DNA of 64,000 nucleotides from Corallococcus soli (GTDB lineage Bacteria; Myxococcota; Myxococcia; Myxococcales; Myxococcaceae): NCBI RefSeq assembly GCF_014930455.1, contig NZ_JAAIYO010000008.1, positions 96,367 to 160,366 of the forward strand, read 5' to 3'. Shown piece by piece: positions 19,610 to 28,745 of this stretch (position 1 is its first letter; each line of letters starts with the position of its first letter). The notes under the pieces were generated by a model. It saw only the letters and a program-made list of their open reading frames with translations, ran no database searches and was not told where the DNA came from. The position numbers and the translations under genes were made by a program.

Positions 19610-21406
19610 ATGACTCAGCCGACGATCATCGACCGATTCCATGCGCTCGCGTCCGCCCACCCGGGAGATCCGCTGTACACCTGGGTCGATGACGAGGGCC
19701 GAGACCGGGAGACGCTGTCTTTCGGCGATACCCTCGCGCTCGCCGAGGTTGTGGCCGCGCAACTAACGGAAAAGCACGGGTTGCGGGCGGGGGACCGCGT
19801 GCTGTTGGTCTATCCCCCCTCCCTGGACTTTGTCGTGACGTTCCTCGGCTGCTTGCTCGCCGGCCTGGTCCCCGCGCCAGTCTACCCGCCGAACCCCCTG
19901 GGCCTCGAACACGACTTGGGAACCTTCGCGGCCATCGCGACGGATTGCCGGGCCTCGGCCGTCCTGACCAACGCTTCGTATGCCCGGATGCGCCAGCTCG
20001 GGGCTGTTAAACGCCTCTTCACCCGCAACACTGCACGCTGGCCGGACGTGCCCTGGCACACGGTAGCCGCGACCCGAGGTACCGCCGCGGCTCCCACCCA
20101 CGTCGCATGCCCGGCCGACGTGGCGTTCCTGCAATACACCTCCGGGTCCACCTCCACGCCCAAGGGGGTCATGATCACCCACACCAACATCGTGGCGGAG
20201 GCGGAGGCGAACGCACGCGACCTGGGCCTGCGGCGATCCGTCCGGTGCGTCTTCTGGGTGCCTCAGTACCACGACTTCGGACTGATCAGCGGCATCCTGA
20301 GCGCGCTCGCGGGCAACGGCCACCTGTACATGATGAGTCCCATGGCCTTCGTCCGCCGGCCGTCGGTCTGGCTCGAGGTGATGAGCCGCGTTCGCGCGAC
20401 CCACTCGGCGACGCCCAACTTCGGGCTTGAGCTGGCCGTGCGCAAGACCACGCCGACCGAACGGGCACGCTGGGACCTGAGCGCGCTGGAGGCGATCGTC
20501 TGCGCGGCGGAGCCGGTCCGCGCCGCGACCCTGGATGCGTTCAACGCCGCCTTCGGGCCGGCGGGGCTCTCGCCGACCGTCGTCCGGCCGTCGTACGGTC
20601 TCGCCGAGCATACCGTGTCCGTCACGGTCGGCCGCAGCCTGCGGCTCGAGGTCGATCGCGCATCGCTGGAGGCCGGCCGGGCCGTCCCACGTCGCGAAGG
20701 CGCGCCCTCCATGACGCTCGTGGGCTGCGGGCACGTCACCAAGCCGAATGCGGTGGTGCGCATCGTCTCGCCTGACACCGGCCGCCCCTGCGCGGACGGC
20801 GAAGTTGGCGAAATCTGGGTCGACTCCCCTACCAAGGCGGCGGGCTATTTCGGCCGAGAAGAGGCCACGCGCGAGTTCTTCGGGGCCCGCGTCGATGACC
20901 CGGCGGACGACCGGACCTACTTGCGCACCGGCGACCTGGGCTTCTTCTGGGACGGCGAACTCGTGCCGACCGGACGCTGTAAGGACCTGATCATCATCCG
21001 TGGACGCAACTACTACCCGCAAGACGTGGAAGATGACCTGCGAGCCGCACACCCATCCATCCGTCCGGGCGGGGTCGCGGCGTTCGCCCGGCCGAACCCC
21101 TACGGCGAGGAAGAACTGGTCGTCGTCGTCGAAGTGGCCGAAGAGCGAAGCGGGCGGGCGATCGCCGGCGAGGTGGCGACCGCGGTCAGGCGTCTCATCC
21201 AGGCCAGCTTGCAGGTGTCGTGCGCCGTGGTCGTGGTGGGTGCCAAGGGCACCGTGCCGAAGACGACCAGCGGCAAGGTGCGGCGTCAGGCCTGCCGCGA
21301 GTCGCTCTCCGACGGCAGCCTGGAATCGGCCGCGACGACGTTTCTCGTGAGTCGCGTGCCGAGCGGGGCCGAGGTGATCGTACCGGCCGCCTCGCCAGGG
21401 CCGTAA
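19610..21406 (+). CDS. Fatty acyl-AMP ligase (FAAL-type adenylation enzyme)
   Basis: Start MTQPTIIDRF... AMP-binding core YTSGSTSTPKGVMITH. FAAL-like architecture (FadD32/FAAL family). Confidence 0.85.
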   Translation: MTQPTIIDRFHALASAHPGDPLYTWVDDEGRDRETLSFGDTLALAEVVAAQLTEKHGLRAGDRVLLVYPPSLDFVVTFLGCLLAGLVPAPVYPPNPLGLEHDLGTFAAIATDCRASAVLTNASYARMRQLGAVKRLFTRNTARWPDVPWHTVAATRGTAAAPTHVACPADVAFLQYTSGSTSTPKGVMITHTNIVAEAEANARDLGLRRSVRCVFWVPQYHDFGLISGILSALAGNGHLYMMSPMAFVRRPSVWLEVMSRVRATHSATPNFGLELAVRKTTPTERARWDLSALEAIVCAAEPVRAATLDAFNAAFGPAGLSPTVVRPSYGLAEHTVSVTVGRSLRLEVDRASLEAGRAVPRREGAPSMTLVGCGHVTKPNAVVRIVSPDTGRPCADGEVGEIWVDSPTKAAGYFGREEATREFFGARVDDPADDRTYLRTGDLGFFWDGELVPTGRCKDLIIIRGRNYYPQDVEDDLRAAHPSIRPGGVAAFARPNPYGEEELVVVVEVAEERSGRAIAGEVATAVRRLIQASLQVSCAVVVVGAKGTVPKTTSGKVRRQACRESLSDGSLESAATTFLVSRVPSGAEVIVPAASPGP

Positions 21407-21430
21407 CCGGGGCCCGATGGGGCCTACACC

Positions 21431-23815
21431 TCATGCCTCGACGGGAGCGGACTCCGGCGCCAGGTCCGGCGCGGGTGCGCCCGTGAGGACATGAGACAGC
21501 CAGTCGGCCGCGCGGCCGACGTCGTCCGGCCAGCCGGGGTAGATGTGCAAGTCCGAATGGCGCGCCACCAGACGCGCGCGCCCATCGAGGCGCGCGGCGA
21601 ACGCCTCGCTCGCATCGAAAGGGGAGATAGGGTCGCCGACCGCATGGAAGATCAGGAGCGGCGGGCAGGTCTCGGGCCGCACCTGCTCAAGCGGCGACAG
21701 CGCCGCCAGGCGAGCCGTACGCTCGGTCGGCTCGGAGCCGCCCAAGGAATGAAGCAACGTACGAACTTCGTCGTTGGGCGCGTTTTCGTGCAGCAAGACG
21801 CCAGGGCACAGCCCGACGGCCGCCGCCACGGTGGGCTCGAATCGCCCGCCCAGGAACTCCATATCCGGCGCCGCGTCCGGGGCCGTCACGGCGGCGAGCA
21901 ACGCGAGGTGACCCCCCGAGGAGCAGCCCAACATGGCGACGCGATCGGGATCGATGGCATGGCGCGTCGCGCGGCTCTTCACCCAGCGCACGGCCCGCCG
22001 AAGGTGGAGCAACTGGGCATGGCCGTCGAAGTGCGGCACGGAGCCCGGCCGGGCGGCGAACACCGTGAACCCGGCGCCGCAAAGCCGCTCGTACACGCCT
22101 TGCGCGAGGTGGTCATGCAGCACGTCGGGGCCGGAGTGCCAGCGCGCGCTGACGACGTCGACGACGGCCAGCCCGTTGGCGGCCTCCCGTGGCTCGAAGA
22201 CGTCCATCAAGATGCCGGCGCCGCCGCTCTCCGTGAAGACCAGGCTCGCCGAATGCGTGAAGGCGGGGGAGTCCGGCCTCTCCGACACCGGCGAGGTCAC
22301 GGATTCCAGACCTTCGAGGAACGACGCGAGCGCCTCGAGCGTGGGGTGTTCCAGGAACGCCGTCGGCGGCACCGGTTCACCCGTGTGCGCGGCGATGCGG
22401 TCCAACAGATCGACGGCCCGGATGGAATCGAAGCCCATTTCCGTGAACGCCGCCGAGGCGGCGGGCGGCGCGGCCAGTTCCAGCACCTCTTGGACGGTGG
22501 TTTGCAGCCAGCTCAGCACGGTCGACGGAGGCGAGGCGGCGGCGGTTTCGCTCACGGTCGCCACGCCGAAGTGCCGCTCGATGGTGGCCTGCGCATACGC
22601 GACGTTGCACTCCATCATCTCGAAGTTGTGAAGGCTGCCGAGGAAGACCGTCCCATGTCGGCCCTGCAGCGCCTCCAGCCGCTCGTACAGGCCGGCCGCG
22701 GTGTCCTCGGTCGAAAAGTGCGGGCAGTATTCCCAGCGACGTTGCAGGTGAACCGATTCCAACGTCCCACCGAGCGCCTCGACGTCCTCCATGAGGAGGC
22801 GCTGAATCGCCGCGCCGTCCGTCTGCGCGTCGCCGTAGGCGAAAAAAACAACGACATCACTGTCAGGATAGCGGTGGTGATAGGAGACGGTGTGCCCGAC
22901 CGCGCCGGGGTCATCCGTGAACCGCCGGAGCAAGTAGAGGCCGTCTCGCTGCAAGCCCCGCGCGGTGGCGATGGTGGTGTAGTAGTCGAGGGTTCGGACG
23001 CGGCCGAACACCGCCTGCTCCTCTGGGGTCAGGTCCAGGAACGTCGAAATGGCGCCCGTCTCCGTCGCCACCACCAGGCGGTCGAAGGTCAGCCAACCCG
23101 TGTCGATCTCGATCCGGATGCGCGCGCCGCTCCGGTCGACTCGCCGAACGGGGGTCGAAAGCCGGACGTCCGGCAGTTCCGCCGCCACGGCCTCCCAAAG
23201 CCGGGCGAGTCCGCCGGGGATCGTCCATGAGGGGGGCAGGGCGCTCAGGGGCCCGGCGCCCACGAGGCTCTCGGCGAACTTGGCGAACAGCACGGCCGGG
23301 AGGTCCGGCGAGCCGACGTAGCCGTATCCGGTCGCGGTGTACGCCACACGGGCCGCCGCGTCGGGCCCGGCCACCCCCGTCGTGTCGAGCCACTCGGCGG
23401 CAGGCGAGCCGAGCCCGCCCGCGACCCGGGCCAGGCCGGGGGAGGCGATCGCCGGAAAGGCCGTGTCTCGGAGCGCCCGGAAGGCGCTCGCATTCGCCCA
23501 GAACTCCACGCTGTCGCTCGACGCCGTGACTCGCCCGTTGGCTTCCAGCACGCGGAAGGGGGTCATCCGAACCATTTCCAGGCCGAGTTCCGCCACCAGC
23601 CGACCGACCTGGCGGTAGTTCGAGGAGCACCCGTGCCCACCGAGATCGAACCACTGGCCGTCGACCTCAACCGAGGCGCTCTTGCCACCGAGCCTGGGCG
23701 AGCGTTCGAAAACAGTCACGTGGTGGCCGGCCCGCGTGAGCGCGCGCGCGGCCGTCAGGCCGGATACCCCAGCCCCGATCACGCAGACGGACAAGCTGGG
23801 TGAATGCGTTCTCAT
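21431..23815 (-). CDS. Tri-domain protein: FAD-dependent amine/protoporphyrinogen-oxidase-like oxidoreductase, then acyl/peptidyl carrier domain, then alpha/beta-hydrolase (esterase/thioesterase-like)
   Basis: N-terminal Rossmann VCVIGAGVSGLTAARAL. Mid GFDSIRAV carrier Ser motif. C-terminal GCSSGGHLAL nucleophile elbow. Start at Met14 (GAGGA RBS). Confidence 0.8.
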   Translation of the reverse strand: MRTHSPSLSVCVIGAGVSGLTAARALTRAGHHVTVFERSPRLGGKSASVEVDGQWFDLGGHGCSSNYRQVGRLVAELGLEMVRMTPFRVLEANGRVTASSDSVEFWANASAFRALRDTAFPAIASPGLARVAGGLGSPAAEWLDTTGVAGPDAAARVAYTATGYGYVGSPDLPAVLFAKFAESLVGAGPLSALPPSWTIPGGLARLWEAVAAELPDVRLSTPVRRVDRSGARIRIEIDTGWLTFDRLVVATETGAISTFLDLTPEEQAVFGRVRTLDYYTTIATARGLQRDGLYLLRRFTDDPGAVGHTVSYHHRYPDSDVVVFFAYGDAQTDGAAIQRLLMEDVEALGGTLESVHLQRRWEYCPHFSTEDTAAGLYERLEALQGRHGTVFLGSLHNFEMMECNVAYAQATIERHFGVATVSETAAASPPSTVLSWLQTTVQEVLELAAPPAASAAFTEMGFDSIRAVDLLDRIAAHTGEPVPPTAFLEHPTLEALASFLEGLESVTSPVSERPDSPAFTHSASLVFTESGGAGILMDVFEPREAANGLAVVDVVSARWHSGPDVLHDHLAQGVYERLCGAGFTVFAARPGSVPHFDGHAQLLHLRRAVRWVKSRATRHAIDPDRVAMLGCSSGGHLALLAAVTAPDAAPDMEFLGGRFEPTVAAAVGLCPGVLLHENAPNDEVRTLLHSLGGSEPTERTARLAALSPLEQVRPETCPPLLIFHAVGDPISPFDASEAFAARLDGRARLVARHSDLHIYPGWPDDVGRAADWLSHVLTGAPAPDLAPESAPVEA

Positions 23816-23989
23816 TTGGGTCCTCGATGGGGGTGCGCTCGTCCGGACGGGCATGACAACATTCTTACATCATACGCGGTAGTCGTGGATCGGGTCCCCC
23901 GCCCACGACTGCCACGGGCCCTGCCCTTCCCGCCGGGAGTGCACGGGTGCTGTCCGAGCCCCCTTCTGTGCCTGCTGGCCTCTATGACA

Positions 23990-24495
23990 GACATCTTTCG
24001 AGAGTTCAGGGCGGGCGGCGCTGGAGGCCATCGTCTTCGTGCCGAGGAGTGGCATCCCGTGGGAGATGCTGCCTCGCAAGCAGTTCGGCCTGTCGGGCAT
24101 GACGGCCTGGCGCAGAAAGGGGGCCCTCACAGGCCCAATCCCGACGGATGGAGCGAAGGCGGGTCGCAAGCATCATCTTCTCGTAGAGGCTCACGGCCCG
24201 CCGCTCAGCGAGTCGGTGACAGCCGCCAACGTCCACGACACCCACGAACTCTTCCCCCTGGTCGACTCCGTGCTTGCGGTAAGGATGCCTTCGGGGCAGC
24301 GGCGACGGCGGCCTGGGAAACTTCACGGCGACAAGGCCTACGCCTCCAAGAAGAACCGGGCCCTCGCCTGGAAGAACCAGCTCCACAGGCTTCGGGTCCG
24401 CGACGAACGCAGGGACGATGTCCACTTCGGCTTCCTCGTCCTCGGCTGCTGCGTCATGCTCCTACGCAGGCTCTACCCTGACATTTGTTAGGTAC
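23990..24495 (+). mobile_element. IS5-family (IS427-group-like) insertion sequence remnant, 5'-truncated or internally deleted
   Basis: Retains the OrfA-like GIPWEMLP motif, the GDKAYAS (DDE-region) motif and the C-terminal DDVHFGFLVLGCCVMLLRRLYPDIC. Terminal IR at 24470-24495. Total coding capacity is about 150 aa versus ~260 for intact elements. Confidence 0.6.
24039..24491 (+). pseudogene. Truncated IS5-family transposase
   Basis: 150-aa ORF missing most of the catalytic core. Confidence 0.55.
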
Positions 24496-24642
24496 TGTAA
24501 CTCGGGCCGCACCGTCGGAGGCCACCGCAGAGCCACGAGGCCCGCTTTGGCGGGCGGATGATCCGGCTGGTTTACATGATGCCAATTGTGAGACCCCGCT
24601 GATTCCAGCATGTCGCGACACGTCCGTTGTCATCCGGACGTC

Positions 24643-25428
24643 TCAATCAGACCTGCTGGCCCGAATGCGTTTCGACACCCCCGCGGTCGTGACAGCCTCA
24701 CGCGCCCGCTTCATCAAGCAGCGAAGTCGGTTCTTCCCGTGGGCCCGGCGGCCCTCGTCCTCCACGACGGCCATCGCCACCTTCTCCGCCGAGTCGCGCA
24801 GCTCCTCTTCGGGCGGTGAGTGCCAGGAACCAAAGGCAAACAGCTTTTTCATCAGCTTGCCGGCTTGATAGCCCGGACGCATGTCCAGGGCGTCGAACAT
24901 CCATCCCAGGGCCTGGTCCGAAAAGACATACCAGGACTCTTCACAGCCCGTGGCGTCCATGGTGGCCTGGACCATCTCCACCAGACCGTCCGCCAGGGCC
25001 AGCGCCCGGATGTCGTCGTCCCCGGGCTCCGAAGGCAGGCTCTCCCGGAGGGACTGATACAGCGCATCCAGTTTGAGCAGCCATGCGCGACGCTGCTCCA
25101 GGGCATTGAGCATGAGCTGGATGTTGTCCTGGACCCGCATGTTCGGCGTGGGGTGCTGGTTGAAGAAGCTGTGACACCAGCAATAGCCCTCCATGCTCTC
25201 GTTGCCCAGGTACACCCCCGTGTCCGTGTACCAGGGGGGCAGGTTCTCATCGAGCAGGTGCTGGACGTGCTTCGCCATCTCCTTGCGCTGCTCGTCCGTC
25301 AGCTTGAGCGTCCCCGGCGGCACCCGGGGCTCCAGGTACGCGCGCAGCACCCTGGCCAGCTTCTCCGGCTCATAGCCCTCCAGGCTGTCGCGGATGGGCT
25401 GCCACGAGAAACGGGCTGTCTTGCTCAT
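24643..25428 (-). CDS. Hypothetical protein, CWCH-motif family, paralog 1
   Basis: Start MSKTARFSWQ... (ATG overlaps the upstream stop as ATGA). Conserved block PWYTDTGVYLGNESMEGYCWCHSFFNQHPTPN is shared with paralog 2. Confidence 0.65.
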   Translation of the reverse strand: MSKTARFSWQPIRDSLEGYEPEKLARVLRAYLEPRVPPGTLKLTDEQRKEMAKHVQHLLDENLPPWYTDTGVYLGNESMEGYCWCHSFFNQHPTPNMRVQDNIQLMLNALEQRRAWLLKLDALYQSLRESLPSEPGDDDIRALALADGLVEMVQATMDATGCEESWYVFSDQALGWMFDALDMRPGYQAGKLMKKLFAFGSWHSPPEEELRDSAEKVAMAVVEDEGRRAHGKNRLRCLMKRAREAVTTAGVSKRIRASRSD

Positions 25429-26120
25429 GGCTTCACCTCGTCGTTCAGCGCCGCCTCCGCCACCCGCTGCGCCGAGGCTCGGAGCGCCCCCGGGGGCGGC
25501 GTCACCCAGGATTCGAACACGAACAGCGTGCCCATCAGCTCCTGCGTGGATTCGCCCAACCGCACGTCCAGCGAATCGAGGCACCAGTCCATCGCGGACT
25601 CCGCGACCTGATACCAGGCCTCTTCGCAGTACGTCTCCGCGGCCGTGAGGTCCACGGTCTGGACCAGCGCCTCCGCGAGCACCGTCGCCTGGAGGCCCTT
25701 GTCACCCCGAGCCGCGAGGAACCGTTCGCGCGCGGCTTCAAAGAGGGCATCCAGCGCGTACAGATACTTCCGGATGCGCTCCAGCGCCTCCAACATGAGC
25801 CGGATGTTCGCATCCACGTCCAGGTTCGGCGTGGGGTTCTGATTGAAGAACGAATGGCACCAGCAGTAGCCACCCAGGTTCTCGTTGCCCAGCGGCAGGC
25901 CGCTCTCGGTGTACCAAGGGCCCAGGGTGGCTCTGAGCAGGTCCTGCACCTGGTTCTTCAGGAGCTTGAGCATCCCCCGGCGGAACGCGTCCGCCCCAGA
26001 CCTCACCGGTTGGAGCGGCGCCAGGAGGTCGCGCAACCGGGTCGCCAGCGCCTCCGGCTCATAGGTGTCCAGGCTCTCGCGGATGCGCCTCCACGGGCGC
26101 TTGGAAGGATCGCTGCTCAC
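25425..26120 (-). CDS. Hypothetical protein, CWCH-motif family, paralog 2
   Basis: 231 aa. PWYTESGLPLGNENLGGYCWCHSFFNQNPTPN. ATGA overlap with the Fic gene stop. Confidence 0.65.
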   Translation of the reverse strand: MSSDPSKRPWRRIRESLDTYEPEALATRLRDLLAPLQPVRSGADAFRRGMLKLLKNQVQDLLRATLGPWYTESGLPLGNENLGGYCWCHSFFNQNPTPNLDVDANIRLMLEALERIRKYLYALDALFEAARERFLAARGDKGLQATVLAEALVQTVDLTAAETYCEEAWYQVAESAMDWCLDSLDVRLGESTQELMGTLFVFESWVTPPPGALRASAQRVAEAALNDEVKP

Positions 26121-26746
26121 GGCTGCACCTCGTTGCGACAGGGGGCGTCCGGCCCCGCGATGCTTCGGGCCACCAGACGCGTGAGGCGCACGTACCCGAC
26201 AGCGTCACCCGGTCGCTTGGGAAACAGCACGACGGGCACCAGCGGTGGGGTGGGCAGCCCGCCCCGCCGCAGCATGTATTCCAGCCACAGCCGCGCCGCC
26301 CTCGCGTTCCCGTCCGGGAACGGGTGGAAGAAGCACAGGTCCAGGTACAACCGGGTGGCGTGCGCCACCGGATGGCGCTCCTCCCGAGCCTCCGCCTCCA
26401 CCTTCCCGACGAAGGCCGCCTCCAACCCCGGCGCCTGCGCATAGCGGTGCGCACCCCCGTGCGCGAACGCGTCCCCGGTGCGAAAGGCCGTACGCACCCC
26501 CCGCAGCCTCTCCTGGACCTCCACCATCCGGGAGAACGTCAGCGCCTCCCCGGCGTCCGCCAGCTGGCGCACCCGCGCCAGGGCCTGCTCGAAGCGCTCC
26601 GTCCGCTCCGGCCCCTGCGCCTCGTGAGCGGGCGCGTCATGCCGGTGGAGGAAGTCCTCCTGGGCCCCCGTCTCCCGGAAGGGCTGCCGTCCCGCCGCGT
26701 CCAGGTCCGCCCGGAGCGCCGGCAGGGCCCAGTCCACGGCTTGCAT
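26117..26746 (-). CDS. Fic/Doc (Fido) domain protein
   Basis: HPFPDGNARAARL, a Fic motif variant of HPFx(D/E)GNGR. Start taken at Met121 of the ORF, since the upstream part overlaps the divergent gene and looks non-coding. Confidence 0.7.
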   Translation of the reverse strand: MQAVDWALPALRADLDAAGRQPFRETGAQEDFLHRHDAPAHEAQGPERTERFEQALARVRQLADAGEALTFSRMVEVQERLRGVRTAFRTGDAFAHGGAHRYAQAPGLEAAFVGKVEAEAREERHPVAHATRLYLDLCFFHPFPDGNARAARLWLEYMLRRGGLPTPPLVPVVLFPKRPGDAVGYVRLTRLVARSIAGPDAPCRNEVQP

Positions 26747-26948
26747 GGCGTCGCGGTGGGGACCGAGCTGCTCGGTGGCGGCGGGGGCTTTCACTCGGGG
26801 TCCGGGCGGAAGGCGGGGAGGAGAGGCCCCAGCATGGCACGGCCGGGGTGACAAACACCCTGGCTGAAGGCCGTCATGGTGGGTCATGGAGTGGAGCCCC
26901 GGCGCACAACCGCGTAAACAAGCGCGTCTTGCAGGGAGAAGGCACTGA

Positions 26949-27869
26949 ATGAAGACGTTCCTCGTGGTCAACCCGCGCAGCGCCAACGGGCAGACGGGGA
27001 AGCGATGGGTGGAGATCTCCGCGCAGGTGGGCCGGGTGCTCGGTGAGTTCGGGCACGGCTTCACCAGCGGCGGCATGGATGCGGCGCGGCTGGCGCGGCA
27101 GGCCATCGACGACGGCTACGAGTGCATCGTCGCCGTGGGGGGCGACGGCACCCTCAACGAGGTCACCAACGGCTTCTTCCGCGACGGTCAGGTCATCAAC
27201 CCCCAGGCGGCGCTGGGCCTGTTGCCCCGGGGCACCGGCGGCGACTTCCGCCGCACGTTCGGGTGGGACCTGGAGCTGACGTCCGCGCTGGAGCGGCTGC
27301 GCACGGAGAAGACGGAGCCCTTCGACGTGGGCCGGCTGGACTTCATCGACAACGACGGCAAGCCCGCCACGCGCTTCTTCGCCAACATCGCCTCGTTCGG
27401 AGTAAGCGCGGTGGTGGCGCGCGAGGTGAACTCCGGCAGCAAGGCGCTGGGCGGCCACCTGAGCTTCATGTGGGGCACCGTGAAGGGCCTGGTGAAGTAC
27501 ACCGAGCAGCAGGTACGCCTGACGCTGGATGACAAGCCGGCGGAGACGGTGAGCGTCACCACCGTGGCCGTGGCCAACGGCCGCTACTTCGGCAGCGGCA
27601 TGTTCGTCGCCCCGGACGCGCTCACGCACGACGGCCTCTTCGACATCACGCTCTGGTCCCACTACAAGCTGAGCGACTTCGTCCTCAAGTCGAAGGGCGT
27701 CTACAACGGCGACCACGTCACCTGGAAGGGCACGCGGCGCTTCCAGTGCCGCACGCTCCACGCGGAGTCGGAGACGGGCGACGTGTTCCTGGACGTGGAC
27801 GGCGAGACGCCGGGCCGGCTGCCCTGCACGATGACGCTGCTGCCCGGGGCCATCCGCCTCAAGGTGTAG
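26949..27869 (+). CDS. Diacylglycerol/lipid kinase family protein (YegS/BmrU-like)
   Basis: VAVGGDGTLNEV DAGK catalytic-domain motif. 306 aa. Confidence 0.85.
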   Translation: MKTFLVVNPRSANGQTGKRWVEISAQVGRVLGEFGHGFTSGGMDAARLARQAIDDGYECIVAVGGDGTLNEVTNGFFRDGQVINPQAALGLLPRGTGGDFRRTFGWDLELTSALERLRTEKTEPFDVGRLDFIDNDGKPATRFFANIASFGVSAVVAREVNSGSKALGGHLSFMWGTVKGLVKYTEQQVRLTLDDKPAETVSVTTVAVANGRYFGSGMFVAPDALTHDGLFDITLWSHYKLSDFVLKSKGVYNGDHVTWKGTRRFQCRTLHAESETGDVFLDVDGETPGRLPCTMTLLPGAIRLKV

Positions 27870-28743
27870 CGCCCGGACGCGGGTGCGCGCGCCCTGACGC
27901 CTCCTCCAGCGCGGCGGGGAGGGGCGCGGGGCGATACCAGCTCGTCTGTCCGATGAGGCTGCGGGAGAAGCCGTCCTCCGCCAGGGGGGCGGCCTCCGCG
28001 GCGCCCAGCACCAGGTAGCCGTCCGCGTGCAGCATCCGCCGCACGCGGGCGAGCACCGCGCGCCGGGTGGGCCCGTCCCAGTAGATCATCACGTTGCGAA
28101 GGAAGATGAGGTCCACGGGGGCCTCCGGTGGGAAGTCCTCCATCAGGTTGAGCGGCCGGAACTCCACCGGCTTGCGCACCCGTTCGTTCAGCCGCCACCC
28201 GTCGCGCTCCGCGTGGAAGTAGCGCTGGCGCAAGAGGGGCGTCAGGCCCCGGTGGATCTCCTGCGCGTCGTAGCGGGCCTCGCTGGCGCGCACCAGGGCG
28301 CGGGTGGAGAAGTCGGTGGCGAGGATGCGCACCGTCCAGCCGGTGATGAGCAGCCCCGTCTCCGCCAGCGTCATCGCGACGCTGTAGGGCTCCTGGCCGT
28401 AGGCGCACGCCGCGCACCAGATGCGCAGCGTGCGCGTCCTTCCGCGCCGCGCCAGCAGGGCCGGCAGCACGGTGGAGCGCAGGGCGTCGAACACCGCCGC
28501 GTCCCGGAAGAAGGCCGTCTCGTGGTTGGCCAGCGCCTCCGCCAGCCGCTGATGGAGGGGGCTGCCGTCGGGCTGGGCGCGCAGCCGGGCCACCAGGGCG
28601 GTGACGTCCGCGACCCGCTCCTCGCGCACGAGCGACGCGAGCCGCGTCTCCACCAGCGCGTGCGTGTCGTGCCCCAGCACGAGCCCGGACAGGCGCAGCA
28701 CGCGCTGCCGCAGCCACGCGAAGTCGTCGTAGAGCAGGGGCAT
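27859..28743 (-). CDS. cheR: Chemotaxis protein methyltransferase CheR
   Basis: CheR N-terminal and SAM-MTase domains. Last gene of the che operon. Confidence 0.85.
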   Translation of the reverse strand: MPLLYDDFAWLRQRVLRLSGLVLGHDTHALVETRLASLVREERVADVTALVARLRAQPDGSPLHQRLAEALANHETAFFRDAAVFDALRSTVLPALLARRGRTRTLRIWCAACAYGQEPYSVAMTLAETGLLITGWTVRILATDFSTRALVRASEARYDAQEIHRGLTPLLRQRYFHAERDGWRLNERVRKPVEFRPLNLMEDFPPEAPVDLIFLRNVMIYWDGPTRRAVLARVRRMLHADGYLVLGAAEAAPLAEDGFSRSLIGQTSWYRPAPLPAALEEASGRAHPRPGATP

Positions 28744-28745
28744 GC

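Noticed and set aside
23804-24481. 225-aa + strand ORF spanning the IS remnant
   Set aside because: It is in the wrong frame relative to the recognisable transposase motifs, and the translation is low-complexity.
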